Notes: generated by a model not told the origin, from the sequence alone. A DNA stretch of 64,000 nucleotides from Takakia lepidozioides (GCA_030704615.1 CM060734.1:41106001-41170000), one strand, 5' to 3'. Positions 1-13,898 are shown, counted from the first letter of the stretch. Numbers and translations: made by a program.

Positions 1-2123
1 CCCATTCTGGACTTTCCTGATTTTTCACTACCCTTTATTCTTCATACTGATGCCTTTGACCTGGTTGTTTCAGCTATTCTATGCCAAAAGAGAGACGGCA
101 GGGAACATGTGGTGGCCTATGCTTGAAGGCGGCTTGACAAACATGAAAAGAACCATAGCATCACTGATAAAGAGGGCCTTGCAGTCATTTTTGGGGTGAA
201 ACACTTCAGGCAGTATCTCCATGGCTGCCCCTTTGTTATTCAAACTGATCATCTTCCATTGAAGGCTCTCAAAACCCCACGAGCACTCTCAAGACGCTTG
301 GCTTGGTGGTCACTTACTCTTCAAATGTTCGAGTACGACATTTGAGTACAAAAAATGCAAAGCCAACAGTAATGCCGATGCTCTCACCCACACTGAGACT
401 AAGTCCTCTGCCCCTTATGTTACCTTAGATGACCTTGCGTGTGCTTACCATCTGGTGCTTCACCCTTGCCTTCTTCCTCTCCTGACGGATCCGATTTACT
501 TGTTTTGTTTGCTATTGTTCCTTTTTTTCCACCTGATCTCATGTCTGAATGAGATTTGCTTTCCTTTTCTGCTGGTTGAGATTGGCTTAGAGTGCTGTCC
601 TGCCACTAAGGTCATATTCTAGGTATGATATCTCTTTCTCTTCTCTAATTGAACTGTACCTTTCTCCTTCTAGTTCTGGTTTTGGCACTGAATCCTCTCC
701 ATAGGGAAATCTGCTTATGTGCTTCATTGTCCTTGGTTGCATCTTCATGAAGTCTCCCTTGTCATTCAGTTGAGCTGAAAGCCTTCCCATGGAGATCACT
801 GAGGCGGACACTCCGTCCTGCTCACACTAACCCAAGGGCTGGCTATGACAGCTGCAACCATGGAGGACCTACTTCACCAAGCCCTCCTCCAGAAGTGTAA
901 GACCAACACTCATCTGTCGGGCCTCTCTTTCCGTCTCCTCAAGTCAGCTATCATCTCCCCTCTCATAGGGAGCATGAAGGTAAGTTGCTTAAGGTAGTTC
1001 ATGTTCATGGGCAAGAGACTGCCGTGGAGGTCCCTACTAGGAGCTCTATGCCTGCATTGCTTGAGCTTTACCATTGCTCACTATATGCTGGTCATTTAGG
1101 CATTGGCAAAACTGTCAAAAGACTCCAGGAAAAGTGCAATTGGAAGGGGTTAACTAAGGATGTGGCAGATTTCATTTCTAAGTGTGTTCCATGTAAGTCC
1201 AAAACACTGCTGCCAAGGACCATCGCTCCTCTTAAATTACAACCAATTCTGGTGACTGAGATGTTTGCCCGAATTGGTCTTGATCTTGTTGGACCCCTCA
1301 AAACTACGACTAAGGGCAATAACTACATTGGTGTGGCTACTGATTACCTGTCTAAGTGGGTTGAGATCCGACCATTGGTTGCAAAGGACAGTGACGAGGT
1401 GGTTCAATTCTTCTTTGATGAAATCCTGCTACGCCATGGTTGTCCCCTTGAAATTTTAACTGATCAGGGTACGGAGTTTTGTAACCAGCTGATGGAGGTT
1501 GTGTGCTTTAATTTAGATGTCAAGCATCGCTTGACTGCTCCCTACAACCCCCAGTGCAACGGGCTTACAGAGAGATTCAACAAAACCATGTGTCAGTTGT
1601 TAGAAAAGAACGGGGCTCTCATTGAAGAATATGATGTTACTCTACCCATTTTCATATTTGCCTACAGGACCTCGGTACATGCCAACACTCGCTTTTCTCC
1701 TTTTGAATTATTGTATGGCCGCAAGGCTCGCACCCCTCTTCATGTCCCTGTGCTTCAAACTCAGGTTGCGGAGCCCATCATATGGGAAGAATTTCTTACT
1801 CACCTCACTTCTCATCGTTTGCGTTTATTAGAGACTGCTAAACACAACATTCAGGTCTTCGGTTGCAGCTTGGCAAACAGGTCACCAAGTCCAAGCTGCG
1901 GATCGATGGGCCTTACCTGATTCATGCGATTTTGCCTGGTCGACAATATCGTCTCCTTCCTCAACATCCTTCTACGGCGGAGATTGCAGGGACTGTTCGT
2001 GTTTCCCAACTTGTCCCTTCTAAGCTACAGTTTGATTTGACTTGCCTCAACGTGGAGAATCGTCATGTGGTTTTAACTCCCAAGAAGCGTGCTCGGCTTG
2101 ATTATGCTTCAATTGCTACCTAG
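1..2123 (+). mobile_element. Degenerate Ty3/gypsy LTR-retrotransposon pol remnant (RNase H + integrase)
   Basis: Frame 1 from base 1 reads PILDFPDFSLPFILHTDAFD...EHVVAYA*RRL...KEGLAVIFGVKHFRQYLHG..FVIQTDHLPL (RT-RNase H, with stops). ORF 985-1920 has an HHCC zinc finger (H..GHLG..KT...C..C) and an rve core (GLDLVGP, DYLSKW, TDQGTEF, YNPQCNGLTERFN). A frameshifted GPY motif follows at ~1908. Confidence 0.93.
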
Positions 2124-3423
2124 ACTTACTCATGACACTATATTTTCTTTAGCTGCTCCCTACCTAGGATCCCTCTCATTTCTCTTTGTAGTTCTCTAGG
2201 TTGCACATCTCTCAAGATGGGGTTTTTCCCCAACAAGGTTTTGCCCTTCGCTCAAATTGTAGAGCAAAGTTTTCCTTGTTGCGGTTTTTTCATCCTATCT
2301 TGGTGTACATATGTAATGGCTAGATTCCCTCTATCTACCTTTTCGACATTTGGATGAACAGACGCTGGATGACCGTTGGAAAAGGGCTTGGACTCTATTT
2401 TTAAACTAAGTATTGTCTTATATTAACAGCTAGCTTATCTCTAAAATAGAGTGAGGTGGCGTCCTATCTGGACAGACACCCGGATGGAATCCAAATAACC
2501 AATCAGGGCTTGCCACTTGGTTAGATGAGATTGTGGGCCTTCGTTTATGAAAGAGATCAGCACGACGCTTAAGGCGGTGGTGTACGTTTGGTGTACGTGT
2601 GTGAGAGATTTGGATGAAGAAGGTGTGAGTGAGGATGTGCTGCTAATCCATGTGAATGATTATGACTCCTCTTTGTTGGATCTTGCCTATCTCGCTAGCC
2701 TGCTTTACCGAGCACACATCCCCATGATAGCTCAATACCCATATAGGGAGAGGAATAAGGGGGTGGGCGAGAATCTGGCTTTACAGGCCACCATCCCTCT
2801 TTAAAAAAATAAAAAAAAATAACAACCTAGTGAGGCGTTAGGCCCCTACTGTTAACGAAAGGGAATCCCGTTACCTAACCAGGTCATGTAAGTTGCAGCT
2901 AACGGAAACTGGCCCACGTCATGAGTATTCGAAAAATAGGGTTTAACATAAGTAGACATGGCTGTTGGTGAGTGTGGAAGGCAGGAATTGTGGTGATGCC
3001 AGACAGCTCCGTCGCAGGAGTTATGGAGGGTACACTGCAAATACTGTTAGGATACCGCGTAGAGTTGTTGTACCCCTGCTTTTGTTAACTTTGACTACTC
3101 AATTATACTCTCAGGATGTTCAAGCGCTGAGAAAATGGACTATCTGCTCACGGGGTTTGGAGATTGTCATCTGCTTTATGGGGAAAGCATTCTAGCTGTT
3201 AACGGTCAGATAGAGAGGGTTGCAAGCATCATCAGAGGTCTAGATTCAGCGTCTGCGTCAAGAAGCAGAGGCTGTGGTTTTGTTAGCTCTGTCTTTTCTT
3301 GAGGATTTTACTGTTTCACAGATGGTTGAGAGACAAGGGCGAATTTCGTCGTTCTTGGATTGCTGGATTGTGCTGTGACTGATACAAGAAGGGAGTTCGA
3401 CCAGGAAGAAGAGTTAGGCTGGG

Positions 3424-4674
3424 ATGCCATTCCCTGTTATATCCAACCGTAAGCTTGCACCCTCGCTACCTACGAGTACCGTGTGGCATGAGGAGAAAGG
3501 CCGGGCGCGGTTACCAACATGGACAGCTCGCAACAAGGTTCCCATCATAGCGTCTGTATGCAGCTCAGTAGTGGTTGGCATCCTGATCTTGTTTGTTCTG
3601 CATCTGTTGGAGGAGAGGGATCTGACAGTTCTCTGTGGAAGACCAGTGGAAGACACCCTGCGCGCGTCTTATCCCAAAACCAGAGAGTCCGGAGACGACC
3701 TTAGATCGTTGGAAAATGCTAGTGATGAACTCGCCAGCAGTTACCCTGAGATGGTGATGGAGAAAGGCGTTGGTCTGAGGCGTGCAAGGCCCAAGGTGCT
3801 GGGAGTTGTGGGGATTCAAACTGGATTTGACTCAGGTCCGCGCCGCAAAGCCTTGAGAGAGACATGGTTTCCCTCCACGACAGAAGGCCTCTTAAGGTGC
3901 CCTGTCGTGTTCTTGAAGTTGCTCTTTCTAATTTTCACCTTAGTGAACATGGACATATCTGTTGAGGATGTTTACGTATCCTTCTTTCATTGTCTTATTT
4001 CCACACCTTTGCTGATGTTATTCTGATTTGTCAATAACCTTCTCTCCGCCATTCCCTTGTCATCTTAGAGTGATAGTGGATCAGGTGATCTGCTTAAAGC
4101 ATCAGCTCTTTGGTCCGTCTAGGGTACGTGCTTCACAATCTGAGGGGTATGGGAAGGGAGACATTTTCTTTCTGGACCACTATCTGGCTTTATTGCGAGT
4201 TTCCTCTGCCAACGTCTAGGAATAATTTGCTGTAGTTAAGTTGTTAGCCAGTTAGGGTCTTTAGCTAATCTAAGGTGCGTTCAGTGTGTCATAGCCATCA
4301 GTGGATCAGAGTGTTCAGCTATGGTAGCTTTAAGTACAAAATTCCAGACCTAATTTTGGTGGATGTTGAGAGTAATGGGGGCAATGCCCTGCCAGATACA
4401 AGCCCTAGACATTTTCTGTGAAAGATCTTGACGCTATGTGCTCCTATTGGATCACTGCATTTCACTTTTCACCTGGGCATGGAACTCATGTTGGATGTTT
4501 TGTGGGAGATGTATGCAGCCTTGAGAAAGCCACAGGGCTAGCATTCAGATTTGTAATAGGGCATACTAGTGACTCCAGGAAAATGAGGGCACTGGAGGAG
4601 GAGATTGCAACTTACAAAGACTTCATTCGCATTGATGTTGATGAAAACTACCACAAGCTTACGCTCAAAACGTA

Positions 4675-4709
<35 letters not shown>

Positions 4710-7130
4710 CCGCTCAAACTGGGCGCGGGGTCAATGGCCACAAGGCTACGGCAAACAACGTCTTATGAGTACATTCTCTAACTAAATTTCAGCAGTGCTT
4801 GCATGAACTGTTTAGAGGCTGTGGGACTTACTTGGTGGGACCCTCTTTCACTTATCTCTTCGGTCGAAGAGTAAAGCCTTTTCCTACATCAGCCTCTCCT
4901 ACCCTCGCCCCATCCCTGGAAACTCTGGGGCCTCCTCTGTAGGCCACCCCTTCATTATTTGGTTCTGATGTGAATAATGTGTATGTCTGAAATCTTCCAA
5001 ACACATTGCTATGACTGTGGGCTATTCAATCAATTGATTTATCCTAATCTTTAATCGAGGAGCCATAATTCCAAGCACCCTGATGTACCTGCTGAGATGG
5101 AGTGTGATGGATGGCAATGCAGGTTGGCTTTTTTCAAAGCAGTGTACATGCTCTTTGACGCTGACTTCTATGTCAAGGCAGACGATGACATATATTTGCG
5201 GCCAGGTACTATGCTGACATGGCACAATTGAAACGAACAAGACAATAGGGGGGAAAGTCTTCAGGTGCAGCTGTGCACGAGTCTTTGGGATGGCTTCATT
5301 AGCTCACTGCACTGGATGTGTCAGGCAATCAACAGTATCATGGTAGCATTCTAGTATAGTAAGCTAACTTAGTATGCAATTGGTTATGTGCAGATCGGTT
5401 GGCTACTTTGTTGGCCAAGGAACGACCGAGTCCTAGGACATATCTGGGATGCATGAAAAAAGGCCCTGTTATCACAGATCCGGGCCTCAAATGGTATGTT
5501 TAACCTGTTTGCAAGAGAATGTATCAATAATGTGAACATTTGCTCATGATGGTCAATCAGATGACTTGCTTTTGCCTGGGGCTTTTAAACTTCCCAGTGC
5601 TTGCTGTTGCATGCTTCGCTCAGAATTCTTTGCATCATTGTGAACCCTCTTCTCCATTATGCTGACATCATCAACATTATCATGTCTCTCCCACTCAGAT
5701 TCCCTGCAATGATGGTACCTTCAGGCTGTAGCAAGAAAGGCTCGAAATAATAACCTGAACACAACGTCTGTTTGGAAGACTGATTGGCTCAGAAATCCGT
5801 ATGCTCTCGCGAAGTCCAAGTCTAGTCTCAGCAAATTAAGAGGCTGCTACAATATTTTCAATTTACAAATCCAGTGGATCTTGCCTTGAGTTTTTGATGC
5901 CCAACATGCAATGAATGCAGTCGGTTGTTTGACTGCTAGGAACATTATCTGATGTGGCAGGTATGAGCCCATGTGGTACATGCTGGGGAGCGAGTACTTT
6001 TTGCATGCATATGGCCCAATTTATGCTCTATCTTCCGAAGTGGTGGCAGGTCTGTCAGTTGCTAGAAATGACAGGTATTGTTGTCATGAAGCTCCTAGTT
6101 TATTAAGTCTCATTGTATGCTCTACTCGTGGGAATCAGGCCATAATCTGTGACTACACCTTACTGTCACGACTTGATTTTGAGGTGCGATGAGTGAACAT
6201 TTCAGTATTACTGACCGAGTGGTAGTCGGTGCACATGTATGAAAACTCAAGGATCAATTCGTCCACCTTGCGGAAGATTGACACGTACTGATCATGTTGA
6301 CATGTTGTGCCAAGTAGAGGTTGTTTGGACGTTGGGTTGGATTTGAATGGTGGTGGTCCTTAACAATTTCCTTAACAATTTGTATAAGAGGTGGATAGAA
6401 GGAAGAGGGTCCAGCCAGGGCAGGACATGGAAGGTGAGAGTTCATCTTCTATTCAGGAAGTTGTAACAGTTTGAGCTGACAACTTGCAGCTATCGGATGT
6501 TTACCAATGAGGATGTTACGATTGGCGTCTGGATGTTGGCCATGGATGTGACACATGAAGACGATCATGCTCTCTGTGAAACCCAGTGTCAGGACACGTC
6601 TATTGCTGTGTGGGATCTTCCCAAATGCTCAGGTATGCTATTTGTGAACTCTTTGAAAGCCTGAGAAGAGGCAGGCAACATGCTTCTCTCTCCTCCTCTT
6701 GTAAGCGGGAAAGGGGATCTATGCCTGTCTCCCTCTGGGGCCCCATGGATGCAACCTCCTTCTTTCTTCTCCCTTTTTTAATTGCATCACGTAGGGCGCC
6801 TGCATGGATGCAACTTATGTCTTTTTCCCTTCTTCTGTGTCCCTGAACACACAACTGCCTCTGGGAAGGTTGGTATCCCATGGGCAGTATGTATATATCA
6901 CAGCTACATGATGCATTGAAGGATGGACACTCCTTGTTATACGTTTCTCTTAGGAGGAGTGCTCCCTTCCTCCGTAGATGTCACAAAATGTATCTCTCTC
7001 CCTGACTACTAACAATTGGTGTGAATTTGGGACGGGTTGAACAGGGCTTTGCAACCCCACAGTGAGGCTTTTGGAGCTGCACAAGGATGAGAGGTGCTCC
7101 AAGAGTCCCAGTTTGCTGGTGAATGGATGA
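3424..7130 (+). CDS. Beta-1,3-galactosyltransferase (CAZy GT31, B3GALT12-14-like), 7 exons, ~383 aa
   Basis: Exons 3424-3896, 4519-4671, 5123-5205, 5394-5493, 5961-6074, 6490-6632, 7045-7130. All introns are GT-AG and phase-consistent. N-terminal TM anchor; motifs [32 protein letters not shown] (DxD), [31 protein letters not shown]. Confidence 0.93.
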
Positions 7131-7689
7131 CGCCTTCTCTCTTTCCCTCAACCTCAGCTTTTCTATATTAGCATGCCATTATCATGTCACTGAGGTGGAT
7201 ATCAGAAACAAATGATGTTCGATGAGGTTATGGCATCAGGTTCATGTATCATAGGCAAGGCTCTTGTAACCCGAGGGTCGAGCAGATATTGTTTACAGCT
7301 CTAATTTCAATTGAGGTTATATAAAAAATTCCTCAATCTTCTTTTATGTCTTGTTGTGCCATCGTTTGCAAGTGTTTGCTAAAATTTATGGTAGAGATTT
7401 ACAGAAAATTCTTTTCGTCAAACAAGGCTGAGAACAATCAGGTAATCTTGAGAGCGAGCAAGCGGCCATACCAAGATCTTCCAGGAGGCAAATCTGCCAT
7501 GCCTTGAAGACCTATAAAAGGCTTCTTTCATCCCATTTTCCAGAGCTACATACAATGATGGATTTGGTACCACAACAACATCATCTTACGCCCATCAAGT
7601 ACAAGGCCACATGCTCATCACCATCCATTGGGGATGACACAGTACATTTCATTGGCCCGAGTCATGTAGAAAGAGGACGAACCACTCTC

Positions 7690-7995
7690 ATGAGGCCACT
7701 TGATTATGTACACTAGGAAGATTTGCACGGTTGGTCTATTGAATGTAGAAGCAGGGAAGGGATGTACCGGTGAGATCGCGAGTCCACTTGATTATCCACT
7801 GATCATGTAATAAACTAGCAAGGTCTAGGTTGCATTGGTCCACTGAGAGTGTAGAAGTTGGATCACGGTTAGGTATTATTATTGTCATAAATCCACTAGA
7901 TTATGTGAACTAGAAAGGTCCACTGAGATTGTAGAACTAGGATCAGGTTTTGTACCATTCTCATAACTTCTCTTCATTACGGTATGTAAACTGGA
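7690..7995. repeat. Degenerate tandem repeat (3-4 imperfect ~90-110 bp units)
   Basis: Recurring CCACT(T/A)GATTATGT..ACTAG and GGTCCACTGAGA.TGTAGAA motifs at ~7696, ~7797, ~7838, ~7893, ~7918. Confidence 0.5.
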
Positions 7996-8511
7996 AAGCA
8001 TTGGGTCCTCTCAATGTATGCACCAACCCTTGACCTTCAAAATTTCCCTGAACTGCTTATTCTGTGCAGGGACTCGGGACTCAGAATAAGCGGTTCAGGG
8101 ACTCAGAATTCTATTGCAGGGACTCTGGAAAGAGCAATCTGAAATAGAAACAAACTTGTGGTTCAGATCAATAACTTATATAGCGCATATATATCCAACC
8201 ACCCTTCTTCCTTCTTCCCAACGGAAGATAGGAAACACTTCCGAGTATGGAGTAGTGTGGTGAGAAGAAAAGGCAGAAAGAAGAAGGGGTGGTTGGGGGG
8301 TGCATGTTGAATGAAGCAGGGGTGATACGACTATCTGGCTCGCAGTCTGACACACGGAGTCTGGGCCCTCCGTTTCGCTTGGCTGCCTCACTTTCTGTGC
8401 CTGTTTTTGTTTGTTTCTCGTCACGTTGCAATTGATGCCAATGGCGGGGCTGGTGGGCTAGAAAAATACAAATCCGAAAATCTGTCGCTGCTGTGCCCAA
8501 TCTCTGCAGCC

Positions 8512-11500
8512 ATGGCGGCCGCCATGGATGGGGCAGCTGTGCTTCACGTTTCGGCGTCGCTTTGTCTCTTTCCTTCTCTCTCGGATAGCTCCAGGCCGTC
8601 TCTTTTTTGTTGCTCGCAAGATGGTAAAATTTCACCTTGCTCGTCGAGAATGCGGGGAGGCAAAGATGCAGATGCGGTCGTGTCTGTGAGAAAACGCTGG
8701 GATGGGTTGAGGACATTTTGTGCTGCAGAGGGCGGCAGAGCGACGGTTGGGTTTCAAAGGAATCATTTGGTAGGCTGGCTGTCGAGGAATGATTGGAAAA
8801 GTGATGAGTTATGGGAAAGATGCCCAAGAAGTGCTTGTATTCACACAGCCAGATTGGGATTTGTCCAAGGCAGAAGCACACATGCAGCTTTCGTCTCTCG
8901 ATGGGGAGCGCAGGGGGCAGAGATAGAAAGGGAAGATGATGGAACCCGGGCATTTCGAGCGGGCAATGGTGCAGCGGCCTCTGGCGGGAAAGGAAACTCC
9001 TCATTGGCTGCATGGCAGAGTAACTCGGCGTTCGAATCATTCAACGAGGCTAAGATCAAGGTGATAGGAGTTGGGGGTGGGGGTTCGAATGCGGTCAACC
9101 GGATGCTTGAGAGCGAGATGCAGGGTGTTGAGTTCTGGATAGTCAATACGGATGCCCAAGCCATGGCAATGTCGCCTGTACCCCCCCAGAATCGGTTGCA
9201 AATAGGGCAGAAATTGACACGGGGTTTGGGAGCAGGAGGTAATCCTGAGATTGGAACAAGTGCTGCTGAAGAAAGCAAGGCAATGGTGGAGGAGGCTGTT
9301 CGAGGAGCTGACATGGTCTTTGTCACTGTGAGCTTTTCTTCCTTTTTCGCTCATGTTGTATTCCATAGCTTGGGAACTCCTTCTCTATCCGAAAATGTAC
9401 CTGCGGCTATCGTCATTCTTGGTTTCCATTCATTACATACTGTGGATCTTGAGATGATCATGAGAGAATCAATCTTGGAACTTCAAAATGCTCATGAATT
9501 TCTTAACAATGTAGCCTCCAAAGCGTTCATGGAAAATATCTGGAAACTATGCATGCCTGACTATGGAGCCACTTGCCCCAGGACATGTTGGGTTTCATGA
9601 AAGTTTCAACCTTCCACTAGTTTAAATTTTTACTCAGCAGTCCTGATTCAGTTGCTCAGAGAGTGCCATTGGAGACCATGCCACCTTCAACAATGTTTGA
9701 TTTCAACTCAGTAGAACTGATTCTGTGTGTGGTTAGGATTTACTTAGTAATCCTAATTCCGTATTGCTGAGATATCCTACTAGCAGATGCATGGTCTTCC
9801 CACAGGTCTTGCTCCTCCTGAGAGACCGAACATCTCTGTACCTAGTTATTAGGCGACTGATTGACCCAGTAACCCCTTGCAGCTGGGTTGACTAGATAAG
9901 GTCATTGCAACTGTGTGTATGGATTTTCTGGTGGAGTGAAAGTTATGGACTTAGGTAGCAGGCGAGACGGCAGCCCCCTCGAGCCTGCTACCGGACATAG
10001 TCGTCAAGGAGGGGCCGCGAGCCGTGGATTCTTGAAAAGTCAATCTTGGCCGTCCACTTTCCTACCGCCCTACTACTAATTTACCTACCTCCCAATTTCC
10101 CCCTATGCGATGTCGTCTCTCTAGCGCTATTGTTGTTTCAATGTCGTCCCACAGTTTTCAATGTCCACGTTACAGTTGCAGGAAACCTTTTAGCATGCAT
10201 GTGATCTGAGAGAAGCTTGTTTGCTATGAAGAATTCAAGAAATCATTGTGTAAAAGTGGCTGGAGGTTCCAGGGTTTCTGCTTCTTTATCTTCTGTAGTT
10301 GCTCATGCGCATGCAACGAGGAGCACTTCCGGTATCTCGAAGAATCCATACTGCGCAATTGTAGCACCTAGTCGTCAAATTGTTGGATCTGTCTCACTCT
10401 TCCGATGGTATACCCTCTTTTGATCTGTTGCCTACTGAGATGGCTTCTCCTAAGAAGATGGTAAAAAAATCAGGGTATCTAAACGGGATTACCACCATCG
10501 ACTTCCCATTTTCAATATACCGCATACCAGTTACAATGTCTGTCACTATGGCATCATCTAAAAATAATACATTTCAATGCATAGTCACGTAGATCTGGTG
10601 TTCTTGAATTTCTCCAGTTGCTATTATGGTAGCAGGCTCGATGGTAGCAGGCCAATGATAGTCGTCACTGAAGGAGGGCCGCAAGGCATTAATTCTTGGA
10701 AACTTTAATCTTGGAAATATAATCTTGGCCGTCCACTTTCCTACCCCCCTCGATCATGAAGGCAGCTAAATATGGAGCGCCAGGTAGGAAAACAAAAGAA
10801 GGCAGTAAAATACTGAAAATAGCACCCCCTGCTCTTGGCGAATCGGGGGGTGCCACGACGGCAAGCGGCCCCTCCTTGACGACTATGGATAACACTAAAA
10901 TGTCAGGTGAGGACAAAAGTGTGTATGAGTGGTTTTGGAGCCAGGTAAAAACAATTTGCCTCCTTCAGTTGCCTGTGGGCTTGGTGTTGGAGCATCTAAA
11001 ATGAAGTATTGTTTGCTGGTTGCCATGATGGAAGGCAAGATCTGGTTGCATATGGGTATGATAGATAATGCAGGGATGCCGTTCTCATATTCGCAGAGCT
11101 GTTCTCTCGAGGGCCTGATTTATAGTGACCATTTGTATGCCAATGTCAATATCTTTCACGAGGAATGAAATAAGGTCAAAATGTGGTTGGGATGATTACC
11201 GTGCAGGCTGGCATGGGTGGTGGGACTGGGAGTGGAGCAGCCCCAGTAATTGCAGGGGTAGCGAAGGAGCTGGGAGTTTTGACTGTTGGGATAGTGACCA
11301 CCCCCTTTTCATTTGAAGGGCGGCGGCGGTCAGTGCAAGCACAAGAAGGAATAGCTGCATTACGTAATAATGTGGACACATTGATCATTATCCCTAATGA
11401 TAAGCTGCTAACTGCTGTCTCGCAGTCCACTCCTGTCACAGAAGCCTTTAATTTGGCAGATGATATTCTGCGGCAAGGAGTCCGAGGCATCTCAGACATT

Positions 11501-13898
11501 ATCACGGTAAATTGTATGGTCCTTTGATCGAGCCAGAGCAGCTAGGAGCTTTCTTGGGCACTATCTTAAAGCAGCTCCCAAAAGCCAAGTCCTCCTTGTG
11601 CATTGAACTACATCTGGCCCTATGCCTCTATCTGTCGAAGTTTGGAGAGAATGATTGTTTGGTTGTCTTATCAGTGTCAATTGGATGGTGCTAGGTCTCT
11701 GACGGTACCCTAATATTCTTGACCTGTAATTAAAGCAGAGTCGATCGCTTCTCGTACTACCTCGTCCATGGGAGAAGGTATTCCAAGAGGACGTATCTTC
11801 CTTGACCTTCCCTTAATTAGAAACCAACTGCGACATGCAGGTACCAGGATTGGTGAATGTGGATTTTGCTGATGTACGAGCCATCATGGCAGATGCTGGC
11901 TCCTCATTGATGGGCATTGGGACTGCGACAGGTAACGGTGTGAATGCTGTTTCCACGTTTTGCAATGTGGGTGCATTCTATGTGTACTTAGCTGTTCTGG
12001 AGTTTTGGTTCAAGTTTGACTGGAACCTTGTTAAATTTTTACATTCCTCACTCTTAAACACTGAACTCCTGTGTTCTATTGTATATCTGGTATGACTTGA
12101 TGGAATTGTGGTCATCACTTTAGTACAAGACTTCCAAGATGGATATGAAACAAACCTTCTCCTTTGCTCAAACTGGATTGTGGGAACTTTCGTGTGGTAT
12201 GTTCTACATTCTATATAGATTCCATCCTGGAGCTGTGTAGCAACTGCATAGAGCTCAAAATTACGTTCAGCACGTTCTGCTCGCCGAACACATCTCAAAA
12301 GAGAAACAAGTCTGAAAGGGGATGTAAATGCAGGCAAATCGAGGGCACGGGAAGCAGCCCTGAGTGCCATTCAATCTCCGCTGTTGGATACGGGGATTGA
12401 ACGTGCCACTGGCATTGTCTGGAACATTACCGGTGGTAGTGACATGACCCTTTTTGAGGTAATTCTATCCTCTACCCACCATTTCTGCTCTGTACAGCCC
12501 AGGTGCAGGGCAGCTCCTCTCACTTTTTCTGTCACTCTTCCCTACTCTTGGCCCGCCTACGTCATTTGTATTTTGGAAGACCATGGATGACATATTAGAG
12601 ATGGGAGCTGATGTAATTTAATGTGGTGTTAGGTGAATGCGGCAGCAGAGGTGATTTACGATTTGGTTGATCCAAATGCAAATCTTATCTTTGGAGCTGT
12701 GGTGGATGAATCACTCAATGGTCAAGTGAGTGTTCTAGAACCCAGGTTGAGCAAGTGTCCCATGGGCTTCCGTGCACGCAATGAATTCCTTCCTTTCTTC
12801 CTTTTCCTTCCTTTTTTGTTTTCCTCTCCAACCAATGCTGCAAGTTATGTCTGGTTATAGGCTTCCAGCATAATGACAGTCCAATGCCAAGAGCTCATAT
12901 AAGGCAGAGATGTAACTTTGGAAAGCAGAGCCCAGGGCTGTGAAGCTCTTTGTTAGAGTTCAAAGTACTGCTGTTGCAGTGAAATAAGTGGATGCCCATG
13001 ATCTATGACACCTCTTGGAAGCTGTGGCTCTTCATTGGCAAGTTAGGGGAACTGGCAATTGCTACAGTTCCACGATTTTTATTTGGTTTGCTGGGAGGGA
13101 GAGGTTAAGGTGTCTAGTGGCAGCTCAAGAGAGTAGAAAGCGTACCACTTAACATGCTGGTGGTGATGCAGGTGAGCATCACATTGATTGCGACTGGTTT
13201 TCGAGGTCAGGAGGAGACTGAACTTCAAACCCTACAGGCAAGCGCCTTACCCTCCATCTTCAGATTGGGCTGTTCTAGTATTTTTTTGTTGCTTCCCACA
13301 AGATTAAGATCTGAAGGTCTATTCAAGCTGCAAGGAGATAAGGCCATTGACTGCCACCTGAGACAGACCCTCTAGAAATTGTTTTAAGTTTTCACGTCTG
13401 GATTCAGGGATCTTGATTGTGAATTGAGATTCTGAAAGGGTAAATTGCACACTCTGAGAGGCAGGCCAAAGAGGTCCTGTAAACTGTTTCCATTCTCAAT
13501 TTTGAAGCATCATCACGTGAAGGGTCTTGTCTGCACTTCAGAAAGTGCGGAGGACCTTAAAGGTGGGTGTGAGAGGCTCCTGTTAGTCCTGAGCATGATG
13601 AGTGCTGACACATCCTTGAGCATCATAGTCTCTGTGTTTCTTTGCATGTCCATGGTTAGTATTTAACCCCTAGTATTTTTCTGAAAGTATTCGGGTAGAT
13701 CTTAGCTCCTATACTTGCAGTTTCTGATTCTGTTGGGCTTTATACTTTCAGCACGCAAACCGGGGAATTGATGGTGATATGGCCTCTGGGTTTGGGCGAC
13801 GACCAACATTTGTCTCTCCATCAAACCCGACCAATGGTAGCGGTGTAGATATTCCAAGTTTTCTAAAGAAACGCGGGCGGTCACGCTATCCCAGGTAG
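8512..13898 (+). CDS. FtsZ2: Plastid division protein FtsZ2, 7 exons, ~545 aa
   Basis: Exons 8512-9327, 11207-11506, 11841-11931, 12334-12458, 12633-12725, 13172-13237, 13752-13898. Motifs [19 protein letters not shown], tubulin signature GMGGGTGSG and [10 protein letters not shown]-terminal core peptide [17 protein letters not shown] is typical of FtsZ2. Long N-terminal transit peptide; the start ATG is inferred. The last intron uses a GC donor. Confidence 0.95.
9954..10887. mobile_element. Non-autonomous TIR element (hAT-like) in FtsZ2 intron 1
   Basis: Perfect 23-bp inverted repeat CATAGTCGTCAAGGAGGGGCCGC (9996-10018) / GCGGCCCCTCCTTGACGACTATG (10865-10887). A direct copy of the left end lies at ~10628-10750, and a GGTAGCAGGC...GCCTGCTACC hairpin at 9954-9992. 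No clear TSD. Confidence 0.65.

Noticed and set aside
2290-2800. Possible 3' LTR of the gypsy element
   Set aside because: No clear PPT plus TG...CA boundaries and no second copy in the window.
8407-8511. N-terminal extension of FtsZ2 given by the ORF track
   Set aside because: It starts at TTG; the first in-frame ATG in good context (GCCATGG) is at 8512.
8168-9040. 290-aa minus-strand ORF
   Set aside because: Antisense to FtsZ2 exon 1 and its leader; no recognisable motifs.
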